NCBI GenBank assembly: GCA_001643675.2
Contig: LSRY02000021.1
Span: 310,001-374,000 of the forward strand
Length of the DNA stretch: 64,000 nucleotides
From: Monocercomonoides exilis PA203
Taxonomy: Eukaryota > Protista > Preaxostyla
Reading direction: 5' to 3'
Positions 34,898 through 49,390 of the stretch are shown here, one piece after another (the stretch's first letter is position 1; each line of letters begins with the position of its first letter). A model generated the notes under the pieces. The model had not been told where the DNA came from. It was given only the letters and a program-made list of their open reading frames with translations, and made no database searches. Made by a program: the position numbers and the translations under genes.

Positions 34898-35956
34898 ATG
34901 AATATTCAAAATGCAGATATCGAAAGTGAATATCTGTTTATTGGAGATTCGAGAAAGAAATATAACGGAAAAGAAAAACCAACTGCTCACATTACCTCGT
35001 CTTTCGGTTCGTTTATTGACATGAAAGCTACAACTCTTTCAAGTACTCCGCAAATTTTGATGAATACATTTAAATCATTTGTTGGGTCAGGAATCCTTGG
35101 TTTATAATTTTTTCTTTTTTCTGCTTATTGATGGTTTCTAGCTCTTCCATTTGGGTTTTCAAGGGCTGGCTGGGCAGAATCTCTAATTATTTTTATGTTG
35201 CTATTTTTAATTGCTTATTATTGCATGATGAATCTTGTTGACTGCAAGGTTTGTTTTTTATCCAACAAAGTTTCATTTCACATGTTTCAACTTTTTACAG
35301 CTAAAGTGCGGTTCTGCCCGAATACAAACATATGCAGATGTGGGAAAAGAGGCATTTAGCATTATTGGAATGTGGATTGTTAATGTTTCTCAAATTGCTT
35401 CGCAACTACTATATTGCTGTAGTTATATGATGATTATGACTGAAAATTTGGAGTACATTGTTCCTTCAGTTCGTCAAGAAATTTGGGTCATGGCTTTGGT
35501 TGCAATATTTTATTTGACATCATTTTTTCGTTCAATGAGAGTGCTTTCAATGATATCAGTTACTGCAAATCTTGCATTGGTGATTGCAGTTGTCTTGGTA
35601 TTCTCGTATGCACAACGTTTTTTGTGTTTTGTTTTTATACATTGCTAAATTAATTTTCTATTTTCACCTTCATGCTTAAAGATCCTTGCTAATTACAGGA
35701 GATAGAAAAACTGCTGAAATTGTGTCATTTCAAGGCAGCGGTGCTCCGTTAATGATTGGCATCACTTTGTTTTCTTTTGAAGGAATTGGTCTGGTTTGTA
35801 GCGAACGTTTTATACATTGGAAAGTAAATTTATAAGAAAAGTTGTTTATTTATTTTGAAATCGAGTAAATACACTTTATGCTTATCATTGATATTAAATG
35901 AGTTTTTCTTTCTTTCTTTCTTCTTTTTTAACATATGATTATCGATTTCATGAAAT

Positions 35957-36010
<54 letters not shown>

Positions 36011-36823
36011 ATGATTTTCTTGCTTCACCAGGTTATTCCAATGCAAGGAAGCATGGCTCAGCCACAGCACTATGGAAAGTCGCTAACTTTTGTGTTATTT
36101 CTCGTGTTTATTTTGGATTTTCTGTTTGGAACGATTTGCTATGCTTCACTTGGTACATCAACACCTGAACTTATCAGCAGGGCTGTCTCTTCTGAATATC
36201 CGACGCTCAAAGTTTGCAATTTTTTTTCATTTGAGAAGAAAAGTGGAGGAGAACGAGAAGGAAAATGAAACGAATCAAAAAAAATTATATGTTTATTTTA
36301 AATCATCATTTTATAACCTTTCTGAGCATTGCATTCACACATTGTATTTTCATAAAAATAATTTTTTTTTTATTTCTCGCTTTGATTTCTTTCCCCATTC
36401 ATTCCACAGACCCTCTCCATCCTGCTCATCATCTCGTCGCTTGGAGCAAGCTACGACCTCCTTCTAATCCCTGTCTTCACCACCATCGACGAATCAAGCC
36501 ATCTCCGCTCCATGCGGCGAAGGCACAAAAAGGCCACTCGCATCGCTTCTTCGTTGCTTGACCTGACAGTCATATGCGTTTCTGTCTTGCCTTCGCTCAC
36601 TCCCATCAGAACTCACTTTCCTGCTTTCATTTCATTCATTGGTGCAACTGTTGGTTGTTGGAACGTTCTCATTCTGCCTTCTTTATTACACCTCAAATTG
36701 ACTTGGCGACGCAACTCAATTGTGAGACGCATAGTCGACTTTTTGTTAATTTTATTTGGCGGAATTTTGTTGATAGGAACAACTGTTTTGCTTTGCATCA
36801 ATCTACATAAGACAATTATTTAA
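34898..36823 (+). CDS. Amino acid transporter, AAAP family (SLC36/AVT-like, Aa_trans), 6 exons
   Basis: Spliced motifs MNTFKSFVGSGILALPFGFSRAGW, TYADVGKEAF, FSFEGIGLVIPMQGSM and ISFIGATVG..ILPSLLHL. Multiple TM helices and GT-AG introns. Confidence 0.9.
35960..36006 (+). repeat. (CT)n microsatellite in transporter intron
   Basis: About 23 CT units seen directly. Confidence 0.9.
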
Positions 36824-37011
36824 AGAGTTTATGATTTTGAGTGTTAAACATTTTTCAAATTTCGTTATCAAATTTTAGTTTTTTTCATATATGTATAGAA
36901 GTATTCGTGCTTTATCCCGTGTTTTGAGATGTTTTTTTATTTCCTTAGAGAGATCTATAACCTATTATTACAATTTTCGTTTCATTTTAATATTTAATTT
37001 AATTTTTTTAA

Positions 37012-40000
37012 ATGATGCTTAAACAAGCAGAATCACGTTCATCTTTGGATTTATTTGATGAAAAAATTCCTTTGGACGTTTCTACTGGAAAATTGTTGAG
37101 ACAGCTTGATCGTCTTTCAATGGTTGTTATTTTTTACTGATTCAATTTTTTCTGGCGTATTTCAATGTATTGATAAATGCATTCATTTTTATTCAAGAGC
37201 ATACAATCAAAGCATAATGCATCATTATTACAATCATCGATTCTTTCAACAAGAATGATGGGGCAGTCGATTTATCCACAAAATGTTGAAAAGTCTGTAT
37301 TTGCTTTTGTTTCAATTAACCTTTTTTTAAGAATGTCGAAGGATGCAGGAATTAACGAGCTAACCAAAAATCAGCTCGAAGAAATCATGACAACATTTTT
37401 TGAAAGGACAAGAGACTCAAATGGAATGTTAAGCGAACAAACAGTTTGCGTTGTTTTCATTTCTACTTTAGTGATTATAATAATGTAATTCTCATAAAGT
37501 TTGTCGAAGTTCTAATGCAATATGTTCGCGATAAAGAATCTAAACTTCGAAAGCTTTTTCATTCAATGGATGTCCAAGCCCAGGGGAAAATTCCTTGGAA
37601 TGAATTTATAAATTTCACATTATATCAATTAACTACTGCTCATTCCGTTGAAAAGCTTGTATGATAATGCGAATTGCTTTTTTATGATTTTTTTTATCTT
37701 GCCGAACAAAATATTGAAAATTCTTGTAAATATTCTTTTCTTATTTTCAAGGAATACAACATCCTTCCAAGCTTTCCAATAAATGCAGTCAATAGAAACT
37801 GCCCAATTGATTTAATAAACATTTATGAAGGGCAACAACCATCGGACGATTTGATATTTGTGAGCTGGTTTGCGCTTTATTCAGTTGCGAATTTTAACCA
37901 ATTTTGTGTGATAATATTTTCTATTATTTGGATTCTTTCTTTCTTCATTGAAAATGCAGCCGAGACAACACACTGACAATACTACATGGCGACTTCATTC
38001 CGATTGTCACACTTCTGCTTCCCACGCTTTCTCTCCTCCAAATCCTCGACGGCGAAGAGGAAGAAGAAGAAATGGACAGAATCTCACAAATGGTTGCACA
38101 GGAGCGAGTTGCCGGCGCTGGTGCCAGCTCAAAAAGAGATCATGCAAAATTCAGCCGCTCGCCGCGGACGGGTCTGAGCAGCAGCTCTTTGGAGATGGAG
38201 TCTGTGGACATGAAGCGGACGCGGCGGTTTCTGTGGCTTGAGGAAGGGAAGCGGAAGATGGACGAGCAGGCAAAAGAGGCTGACGAGATGGAGGCGCGTA
38301 GCATTGTGACGCAGACAAGGAGGAGGATGGAGATGGAGCGGAGGGGGATTGCAGAGTGGGTGGGAGAAGCAGATAGAAGCGAGGCAGATGCTACTGTTGC
38401 AACTGCCATGTATTCTTCTTCTTCATCATTCAGAACATCACCGAAGGGAAAGAGAAGGAGAAGAAAGACGAAAAGTCGTGTCTCCCCCGTTCGGAGCGAG
38501 CAGGATACCATCCAAGATGTCGAGTCAGACGACCGAACAAGCCCCGACATGCTGCAGAAAGAGCAGTCATTTGAGGCAAATGGCGAAGTCGACAGAGAAA
38601 GTGAGTGGGACGACGACTGGAACGGCAGCGACGACAGCGGCAGCCGCACTCCCCTGAGTGTGTCATCTTCTGCCGTCCTCCCGCCGCAGCTGCTGTCGCC
38701 AACCACACCAAAATCTGCCTCTCGCCCGACGCCCCGCCGCTTCGGTGCCAGTTCGCTCTCTTCTCCGTACCCGCTGTCTCCTTCTCAGCAGTATCGATCG
38801 CAGGCCAGCCAGCAATACTACCAGCAGTCTTATCAGCCACAGCACTTCAACACACCTCAGACGCCTCTCTTCGGAGCAGAGCCCAACTCCACCCTCACAT
38901 CACAGCCCTTTCCCCAGCAGTCCTCTTCCATTTCACCCACTCTCTCTCTCGCCCGCCCAACACCTCGTCAGTCTCATCTCTACAGAAATAACAGCAGCGG
39001 CAGCCAGACAAAGCGCAAATCACTTCTGAAATGGTCTCAGCGCCTGCGCCGTCTCTCTGCCAATCAGTCGAAATCAGGCTCTTCTTCTTCTTCTTCCTCT
39101 TCCTCATCTGCCTATGGACCATATGGCAGCAACAGCAATGGAAATGGAGCGGCTGGCCCGTCTCAGATGGTTCATTCATTTGCACCGCGCAATCCGATTG
39201 AGACTTCACTCGCACCGCCTGTCAGCGAGTCACTCAGAAGAAGCCCGTTGATTAAGAAATCTTTTGGTGTGTTGGTTGTTTCTTTTATTTATTTATTTTT
39301 TTATTTGATTGACTGTATCTGCTTTACTACATTTCATGAACATATATATGTGCATCATGTTCTGTTTTATATTCGCATTCTTCTTCTTCTTCTTCTTCGA
39401 CTCTTCATTCAGATGATCGTCTTGCCAAAATAACTGCAGACTCTTTCCTTCGCGGCGAGCCTGTTTGGAGCAGCGACAGAAACGACAATGCGCCCATCTC
39501 TCCAAATGCCTCTCAAGCATCTCTTTTGCGCCCTTCTTCTTCCTCCTCTTCCATCTTCTCTTCTTCTTCAGTTATCGCCCGGATCGGCAAGGAAATTCCC
39601 CCGCCATCTTTCCGCGCAACCGCCAAGTTTGTGAACGAAGAGTTCAAACTCGTTCCCTTTTCACTTCCACAACAAAGAGAAGACTCCTCCCACAACAACA
39701 TCCGCCCGTCCCCTGCACTTAATTCCCCCCGCCGCCGCATCACCTCTCCACTTCGAAGAGACAGCCGGTCGCAAAGTCCACTCACTTCTCCTCGCCAGTC
39801 TATTGCTCTGCACTCTCTTCGCTCCTCTGCCCGTTTCAGAGATTCCACTGCCTCGTTCTCTGAGTCTCCTATCCAATCTTTCTCTCCTCCGCTCCCACCC
39901 TCTTTGCAGCACGAGTTTGGCAGCTTGATTCCTTCCCCTGCTGTGTCGAGGAGATCGTCTATGGCATTTCCTTCGCCTGGCTCGCCAAACATCAGAAGTT

Positions 40001-43000
40001 CTGAGGCAGAGCGAATGAACGCCTCTCTCTCTAACTCCAATTGTGTGCTGGATGAAGTCAATGAGAGTGAGTTCGAAGGCAATTCAAATGAAGAAGGTGT
40101 CTATCCACACAGAAGGATGTCTGCTCAGCTGCAGTCAGCGCAATCCAGCGGTTCACCAAAAACAGCTTCTTTTGCACACGACCAGTCGTTTCAGTCCACA
40201 TTCGGAACTTTGTCTCCTCAGAGCAATCTTTCTTTGCTCTCTCCGCTGCCAATCTCCATCGTGTCTCCACAGACAAATGCAGAAACTGCCACAAATGCTC
40301 CTTCCCCCACAAAAACAGAGTTTGACAGCAACGACTCGGGATCTGAGCGCCACGACGGCGCATCTGCCTCCTCTGCCACTGTGCCTGCTTCAGATGTTTC
40401 TCCGTTCTCTCAAGTTTCTCCGTTTTCTCCGTTCTCTGCGCTGCGGCCAACTTCGCACCAGTCGCAGTACTCTCCGCGCTCAAACACGCTTTCTTCATTC
40501 ACATCGCCTCTGCTCACGTCACGCACAACAGCCAACACACAAACACAATCACAGACACGAACACAATCACTCTCACAGTCATATTCACAATCACGTCACT
40601 TGGAGATTGATGTCTCCTCCTCTGCCTCATCTCCATTCGCCCGCTCTGCTCAGACCGAACGCGCAGGAAAGCACCGCTCAAAGAGGATGGGCCCCTCAAA
40701 AATGTCATCCCGCTCCAAGTCAACAGGAAGGACAATAACATCAGGAAAGAAAAGTCCAACATCTCGTTTGGCCTCTTCTGCCCGCACAACACGCAGACGC
40801 TCGCCTCTTCGGACGTCTTTGGGACAGGCACAGCCAGCGCAACAGTCGATGCGGCAGCAGCTGATCGAAGGCAGCGAAGACCAGCCGCCTCTGCTCTTCC
40901 TTCCGTTCTCTGCCACCACCCGCCTCAGCCACGCCACGCGGAACCTCGGAGCGAACAAGGATTTGGCTTCATCGCGCATTCAGTCGCGCACAATTGCTGA
41001 GTCGAGAAAGCGGAGGATGGAGCAGGAGGCAGGGGTGATGGTGCCGACACACCCGAACGAGGTGGAGATGCCAACAGCAATCACTCAGCGCCGCCTGGCA
41101 ATGAAGAAAGACCCGCCAACAACTCCCAGGCTGTGGCCACGCAACAGTGAGAGGAGGGGGAATGTGGGGGAGAATGCGCAGAACGGGGCAGATGGCGATG
41201 GAATGGAGCAGTTTGCAGGTGAAGGCAGTGCAGAGGAAGACTTTCTGTACACACAGAGATCGAATGCTCCACCGCTATCTTCTTCTTCTCTTTCAGCTTC
41301 AATGACTGCAAGCAGCTGGGGTGAATACACAAACACACAAAATGCCACAAATGAAAGCGACGACGGATCGCCAAAGAAAGTTGTGCAGGGAAGAGACGAT
41401 ATTTTGGGGAAGGGAGTGTTTGGGCAGTTGGACTTGACGCTCCTCCGCTCGCACGAAACAGTCGGAATTTCGCCTTTCTCTTCTCCGTCATACATGACAC
41501 GATTGTCCATGCCCAAGAATCCAATCATCCCACCTGTATCTTCTCTTTCGTATATTTCATCTTCCTCCTCCTCTTCTTCTTCTTCTCATCCCTCCTCCAT
41601 ATCTCCAGCCGACGCCTCTCTTTCTCTCTCCCACAGCCGGATCCTTGCTGATGCTATTTCTTCTCCCATGCGCCCTGTCACCTCTGACAGCAGCGCTGCT
41701 GCCCATCGCAGACAGAGATTGAGATACTCCCGAATGGTTGCGCTGCCCGACAGCTACATTCCCGACCCCATCGGCAGCCGCCCTGCCACTTCTCCCTTTG
41801 GTGCAGAAGGAGGAAAGGCGAAAGGGAAAGAGAATGGCACAAGCAGAAGAGAGTCAGAAGCGAATGAACAGTCGATTAGAACACCTCTGTGGAGAACGGC
41901 TGCAGAAAAGACACAGCAACAAAACTCGACTTCGCGTGCACTTTCACTTGCTTCTTATTCGCTTCCATCTGTTGCATCGCCAAGTGCTCAGTCAAAACAG
42001 AATTCTTCTTCATTTTCGAATTCCGAATCTGCTTCGAGCTCTTCTTCCTCCTCGTCTTCTTCTTCATCATCATCTTCGTCTTCATCCTCTTCATCTGCAG
42101 ATGCCACCGATGTCATCATCGGGTCAGTCACCCCCCACCATCTCCTCCCAACCTCCCACCCTACTCACACCAGCTGGGTGCTGTCTGTTCTGACACTGCC
42201 CACTCGCTATGTTGTGCTTGTGGCCACAACACGCTTTGCTATTGTTGCATATTCACTCACAGATTACACAGAGCAGAGCAGGCTGAGCGGGACAAACCTC
42301 TTCACTGCCCTGCAGTTTGCTCCTGCCTGCTGCGTTACCTCGTTCAAGGAGGAGCTTAGAGAAGGCATGGAGCTGTCAAATAGAAGTGCAGAGGCAGCAT
42401 CAAAGCGATCTGCTTCTCCGACTAACATGGGCTCTTCCTCTACTTCTGCTTCTTCTGCTTCATCATCTCCATCTTCTTCACCCTCATTTTCCTCTTCCTC
42501 TTCTTCCTCTTCTTCTTCTCTTTATATCTCTCCCTTCAGCACCTCTGCCTCAGTGGCTGCTGAGCGCATTGCCGAGCTCTCCAAAACCGCCGTCCTCGAC
42601 TTTGTGACTGCTGATGATGTGCTCCTTGTGCTGGCGGGGGATGTGAACGGCGTGTGCCACTTGCTCCAGCCACTGGCACCAGAGGGGCCTCAACAATTCG
42701 TCTCCCGAGCGAAGCTGCACACCGACCGCATCACTCAGATTGAGGTGCTCAGCAAAGACGTGTTTGTCAGCGCGTCGCTGGATGGGACGGTGGCGCTGGT
42801 GGACATGGGGTCAAAGAGATGGTCAGTGACACGGAGAATAGCGATGGAGCAGACGTATTCGATCCCCTGGGTCACTTCTGCACTCGCTGCTAACACAAAC
42901 AACGCAGCTGCTAATGGCACTCAAAAGGACGGGAGAAATAGCCAAACCAGAACGAGCAGCAGCATCCCTGCGCTGACATCGCCGCGCTCTTCCTATTCGA

Positions 43001-46000
43001 AGGGATCGACTGTGGCGTCTGGCGATGCGATGCTTAGCAGCACTCTCATCTCCTCTTTGAACAAACAGAAGGCGCTGCAGAACAACGAAGACCGCATACT
43101 CGACATGAAGCTGAACAAACAGGGCTTCCTCGACCTGATCCTGTTCAAAGAGAAGAACATCCTCATTGCCCCAACCACGCGCCAGACGATTTCTCTCTAT
43201 AACTTCCTCAATGGCACTCTCATCCAAGACCTCGTCGGCCACACAGCTCCGCTGCTGAAGTGCTTCCTGGACAACAAGCGCCAGCTCCTCATTTCTGTGT
43301 CTGTCGACAAGAACATCCGCCTCTGGTCACTCCGCGACTTCTCACTACAGCAGTCGATAGTGGACTACACAGTGTATCGGCCACACAACTCGTTCATCTC
43401 GTGTGCATTCAGCAAGAGGCGCCATCTGCTCATCACTGGCGGAGACACCCTCAGAGGATGGGTGCTCGATGTAACAGCAGACGGCAGCGCGAGGCAGGCG
43501 TATCAGAAGGAGCTGGAGAAAGAGCACGAGAGAGAAAAGAAGGAGCAGAAGGAGAAGGAAGCAATGATGCAGCAGATGAGAGATGGGATGGAGGAAGAAA
43601 AGGAGATGCTGCGGAAGGAGAGAGAGATCAAAAGAGAGCGGAGGAGAACGCGAAGAGTAGATAAATCACCTGAAAGAGCAGATGTGAATGATGATGAAGC
43701 TTCAGACACACTCGCTGAACGGGAGCAGCTATCACCGTCTGTTTCACCGCGACCGCTTTCATTCGCTTCTCCTGTGTCTCCGTCTCTTTATCCGCCAGAA
43801 AGATCAGAATCGCCAGTAACAAGTGAACGAAAAGCAAACAGAAGGAAGATACTTGAGAAGCTGACTACTGGCGAGGTGATCAAGACACCAAGGCTAATCA
43901 CTCAATCTCCCTTCCAATCTCGTTCTTCAACAAGAATGTCAATTCTTTCTATTGGACAATCAAAGACAGATACTTCAAACAATACTTCTTCCTCCTCTTC
44001 CTCTTCCTCTTCTTCTTCTTCTTCTTCAACTGCAAATGAAGCGCCAACTCCACTTCTGGAATCCGGGCAAAACGCCAAAGCTGATTCAACTGACAAATCT
44101 ACTTCAAGCCAAACTAAATCCCCATCTCCTACCCAAGCAGCCGAGTCTCTTCTTCCTTCTCTCGTGAAGTCCACCTCCTCTGCAGCGCATTCGCGTCCCA
44201 TCCCCTTTCTGTTGGTGTCGAATGTGTTTCGCGAAATCGTCTCAGTGGACACTGCAGGTCTTGTGTGTGTGTGGAGCCTGCATTCTGGGAAGAAGGAGAA
44301 GGAGTTCACACTGCGCTGTGCCTGTGCCCCGCTGCAGTGTGTTGTGATGGACTCCTTCCAAAGAGCGATTGTGGCTGTCGACTCGCGAGGAAACACAACA
44401 ATGTGGAACTTCCATTCAGGAGAGCTGCTGACTGCTACGCCTCCTCTTCCGCTGTTGGAGAAGAAAGACGAGAAGGAAAAGAAGGTTCAGAAGGGAGGCG
44501 AAGGGAATGGACAAGGTACGGATACGAATCGGGAAGAAAACGGAAACAAAACACAAAGGACAACAGCTACTTCTTCTTCTCTCAACTCAACAGCGCTTCA
44601 AACACCAGTCAAAAAGAGAAGTTCGCTTGTCAAGACATCTCCACCACACAACGACACATCCTTTTCTTCTTCTCCTCAGTCGTCTGGTCGTCTCTCCATC
44701 CCATTACCAGTGCGGGGGAAGCTTCCAATGCCTTCCTTCTTCTCTTCCTCTTCGTCTGCACTCTTCAACGCACCCACATTCCCTCTCCCATCAACAGAAG
44801 AGCCATCTTCCATTCTGTCTATTCCTGAGTGCATATCAGTATGCACACTTCCCTTGTGGCACAACACATTCGCAATGCTCGGAATGTGGAATGGATTCAT
44901 CCTGAATGTCACCCTTGCCCAGGGAAAGCGAGGCAGCACAGCGTTTTCGATCTCCTCTGACTACGCATCGCTTTCTGTGTCCTCTCAGAATCTGGCTGCA
45001 ACTGCTCTTTTGGCGCCTGCACCTGTGTCGAAGCTGAAGCCGAAGACGAAAGCAAAGCGATCAAAGGCACGTCTGTACGCCCGCCGAAACTCAGACGGCA
45101 CAGTGGAGCCAGATGAGGAAGAAGCAGAGAAAGAAGAAGCAGAAGCACAGAAACGCACTTCCTCCACGCAACATTCTCTCCTCACATCTCCTTCTTTCCT
45201 CTCTCCATTCTGCACCGACCAGTCCTTTGCACAGACAGTGCATGTGGTTGGAGCTGGGGCAGAGCGTGGGTTGGAAGTTGGGTGGGATCTGCTGCTCGGC
45301 CACTCGCCAACAGCTGATGTGAACAGCGTGGTTGCCTGCAGCCCATTCAGCGGGCACACCTCATTCGTGTTTCCTGAGCGTGTGCTGCAGAAGGACTTTC
45401 CCCATCCGCAAGAGATGTGCGCTTCGGGTGACTCAGAAGGGCAGGTCAATCTGTGGAACTTGCCGCTTTCGTCGCGCCCAGCGCTGAAGATCTTCCTGTC
45501 ACATGCGCTTTGCGAGTGTGAGGCGTTTGTTGCGCTGCAGACAGCTGTCGCCATCAACATCCACTTGAGACACGAAGTGGCTGCTGCTGCTTCTTCTTCG
45601 CCGGTTGTTCATTCGTCTACTTCTGTTTTCACATCTTCTGCTTCTCCGTTTGGTTCGTCACTTTCACCGTCAAGCATGCAAGGAACTGCCCCTTCGATGA
45701 TGTCTTCGTATTTCTCTTCTTCCATGACATCTCTCTCAACCTGTTCGTATTCCTGGCTGTTTTCAACTTCTCCAGTTCTCCCCAATGGTGATGTTGTTCC
45801 ATCAGGCAGCATTACAGACAGAGACAAAGATGCAGATAAAGACAGAAATGTGTTTTCTCAAATGTCATCATCACCATTTACATCAACATCTTCCTCCTCT
45901 TTGTCAATGGCATCCCTCATCCCTTATGCTTACTCTCCGCGCGCACAAACCGCCTTATCCATTGCCTCGAATACGACCACTCATTCACGCCAGCCATCGA

Positions 46001-47828
46001 TGGTGTCTCCACCAACCATTCCCTTCATGCAGTCTCCGCTTCCCTCGTCTGTCCCTCCTCTCTTTATGAATCAAATGCCTCGCTTTCTGCTTCCACTCCG
46101 CTTTTCCTATGGCGTGCAGTATATTTCAGCTTATTCGCCTTCTCCTTCCCCATGGACTCCTCACAGTTCAGAAGCTGTACAGCCTTCTTCCACTTCAGCC
46201 ACACCTCAGCTGTTCTTACATTCTTCTCCTTCTCCTTCGGTCTCTCCACCTCCTTTCTCCAATTATTCCTCTTTGCCAATCCCAACACCATTTTCTCCTT
46301 CTTCTGCTTCTCCTTCACCTCCTCCTTCTTCTTCATTTGGCGCATCTTATCCACAACGGGCAAATTATAACAACAGCCCCTCTGCATACACGCTGCCTCT
46401 CTCCACACAAATGATCAATTATGCGAACACCTTTGCACTTCAGCAGATGCGCATCCACCAGAACACAACACTCTCTCTATCGCATCCACTTTCATCTGAC
46501 GACATTTCACCTCTTTCAATCAACCATCTCATCCACTTGACTGTTCTCAATCTTCTCTGCATCATAGAAACTCATCCTGTGCCCGATGTCTCCTGCACTG
46601 TGGCAACCGCCTCAAACAACCAGAACGAGCTTGCCTCAAAGCTGTCTTCCATTCCATCTTCAAAGCAGGCTCCTGTTCAGGCTCAGCAGTCATCTCCGTT
46701 TCTGACCATTCCTTTGAACAACCCACAACCTTCCCTTCCTCTTCCCCTCTCTCCTCAGCAGCAGTCTACAAAATTTGAGCCCAAATCTGATGTTCTCTTC
46801 CACACATTCATCCACTTGTACTCAACTCAAATTCTCTCGTTCGTCGGGCATTTCCCTCTGCATGCTGTGCCCTATGCTGTCTGCGCCGACTCCCACGCAA
46901 CGCGCTTGCTTTGCATCTACAACAGCGATAGCCTTCTTCTCGACCGCTTTACTATGCGGCTGCGGATGGAGCTGTGGGACATCTCGCGCATTCCGAAGGA
47001 GATGCAGCTGATCAGACGGTGGGACTCCGCTCCTCCCCCAATTCCACCCCAAATGTCGCCGAAGCGCACACAGCAGACGCTGGCTGCAACTCAGACAGCT
47101 TCGGGAAAAGAGACTGAGAAGAGTTCTCGGTTGCATCTGCGCGCTCCAAGCTTCAGGAGAGAAAGATCAACTTCAGTCACCAGCTTCACTGATGCTAATG
47201 CCAATGCAAATGCATCGCAACATTCTCCAAGTGCTTCTGCTGCACCGTCTGGTACAACAACTCCGACAGGTGAACAAACATCCGCTCGGTCAAATGCCAA
47301 CAAGCAAGCACAAACGCCTCCACCTGATCCATTTGCAAATGAGGTGTTCTTTGAAGATCCGTTGATTGCAGCTAGCGTTGTTGTGTTTGAGAAATATGAT
47401 GTATTTGCAGTTAGCGATACAGGAGGACATATTTATCTGATTGACTCTGCAAATGGCGAATTGATTTCTGATGTAGGAGATGAGGCAGCCAAACACTGGG
47501 ACGAATCTCGATTCATTAGCCCTCAAACTGTTACATTTACATCTTTGCGAAATGGTTTGTTATTCTTTTTTCAATTTATTTCTATTTGAGAATTATGATT
47601 TTTTTTCTTCATCTTTTTGTATTCTGTGCAGAATGGAAGCAAAGGCAACAAGTCTTTTCATCTTTTTGCGGAGCAGACAGTCAGATAAATCTTCTTCCAT
47701 CAAATCCAGTGTCTCCTTCTGCAAATACTTTATCTTCAACACCCTCAAACAATGCTTCGTCAATGCCAGCTTCAAGACTGTCACAGCTAAGCAGTCAAAG
47801 CATTCAGGTTCCTCCTCTTCCTGTTTAA
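37012..47828 (+). CDS. EF-hand + WD40-repeat protein (WDR49/EFCAB8/WDY-like architecture), about 3,412 aa, with large Ser-rich insertions
   Basis: Eight exons (37012-37122, 37198-37292, 37332-37443, 37500-37658, 37752-37867, 37960-39266, 39413-47554, 47632-47828) total 10239 nt in frame. EF-hand-like LRKLFHSMDVQAQGKIPWNEFINF. WD repeats include HTDRITQIEV..FVSASLDGTV, GHTAPLL..LISVSVDKNIRLWS and SGDSEGQVNLWN. Confidence 0.8.
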
Positions 47829-48259
47829 ACTGTCAATAATCTGAGAAGAGTGTACTTCACCAGAGCATTGTGTTTCTTATATGTGAATTTGTGTTGTTCA
47901 AATGTATCTTTTTCACTTGTTTTGAAATAGCTTGTTTTCTTTTTTTGTTTGTTTGTCCAACTTCATAATAACTTTTCTGTTCATTGTTTTATAATCTGAA
48001 GTTTAGCTAAATTTTTTGAACAATTTTCTTTAACTTTTTCTTTTTGTGCCTTTTTCGTTCGATGCTTTAACTCTAACATCGCGGATGCTAACATTCTTGT
48101 TGCACGAAAAGATACATTTTGTATCTTTTGAAGAATTTAGCAAAATGAGAAATTATTCTTTTGAGCTTTTTGAAACAAAGAGAAAACAAAAATTCTGAAA
48201 ATCACTTCCTTTATTCGCTTTATAAAAATGCAAAATGTTTTTTAATAGAATTGAATAGC

Positions 48260-49067
48260 TTACCAGATAGTTGATGGACGTTTTGCCTTGAAGACTGTTC
48301 TGTAGTCGCGAGTTGTTGGTCTTCTCTTTCTGTGAAGAAGAGGGAATTTCAAGTCAGGATTCTGTTTATTTTTGAAAAAAAATTGCAAAACAATTGCAAA
48401 ATAGAAATATAAATATAAAATCCGCATTAAAAAAATTTATCATACGTGGAAGGCCTTAACATTAGCACGTCTGCAAGATTTGCTTGGAAGACGAACAACA
48501 GAGATGATATGAATACCAGTTTTTTGTGCAGCGTGACGTGAGGCCATTTCATTGTCTTTGAGATAAAAAAAGAAAAGAATTTCGATAATTAAACGGAGTT
48601 AATAATTCTTTTATTCATTCGCATACACATTTGCTGGACAGCACCGCATTGTGTCACATCTCTGTATTCCTTGTACACATTGTGAATTCCAGTTCTACTT
48701 TCGAATCTGAGAAGGATACCGAAGTTCTTCACTTGGAGTGGTCTTTTCTCAACAATCTACGATCAGATAGCATGAAAATTGATAAAAATGAGAAAAAAAT
48801 TAAAATACCTGCTTGATTCTCAAAATCTGGCAGTTTGACTTCTTTGTCTTTTGAAGACGAGTCATGTAGTAGTTGTACTTTGAACGAGCAACAACTGCAT
48901 TTTGTGCAAAGATTTTCATCTTGTACAACTTTGGCTTTTGAATTCTTGAGTTTGGATAATGACGTCCAATGATTTCGTATTGTCTCAACTAAATTTATAA
49001 ATTAAAAATGGAATAAAAATGGACTATTCGTTAAAGAATATCTCAACATTACTCTGAGACACACCAT
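48260..49067 (-). CDS. RPL18A: 60S ribosomal protein L18a (eL20), 5 exons
   Basis: Spliced translation [68 protein letters not shown] is the eL20 signature. Confidence 0.96.
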
Positions 49068-49390
49068 TTCAACAAAGCCTTTGATCTTATTTGAATTGGG
49101 GAAATTTCTGATCTTACTCCAAATCTTTCTCATGATTCGTCTGAAATGATAAGAATTTTGTACAATCCATTTTGCTAGAATATCATATGAATTACAATCT
49201 TTTCAGAAAAAGAAATTTCCTGTTTATTTGTGGTTTGAACAAAGATATTCATTTTTATTTTTCTTAAAAAGAATGAACAAAAATTTTTTGAAATGGTTGA
49301 AAGAAAAATTGAACAAAACTCAACGAAAATAAACTGCAATTGTAACAAATTTTGAAAAACCCAATAAAAAGAAATACATAAGGAACAAAA

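Noticed and set aside
48260-49067. Intronic snoRNAs in the L18a gene
   Set aside because: The introns are short and AT-rich, and I saw no convincing box C/D or H/ACA pair.
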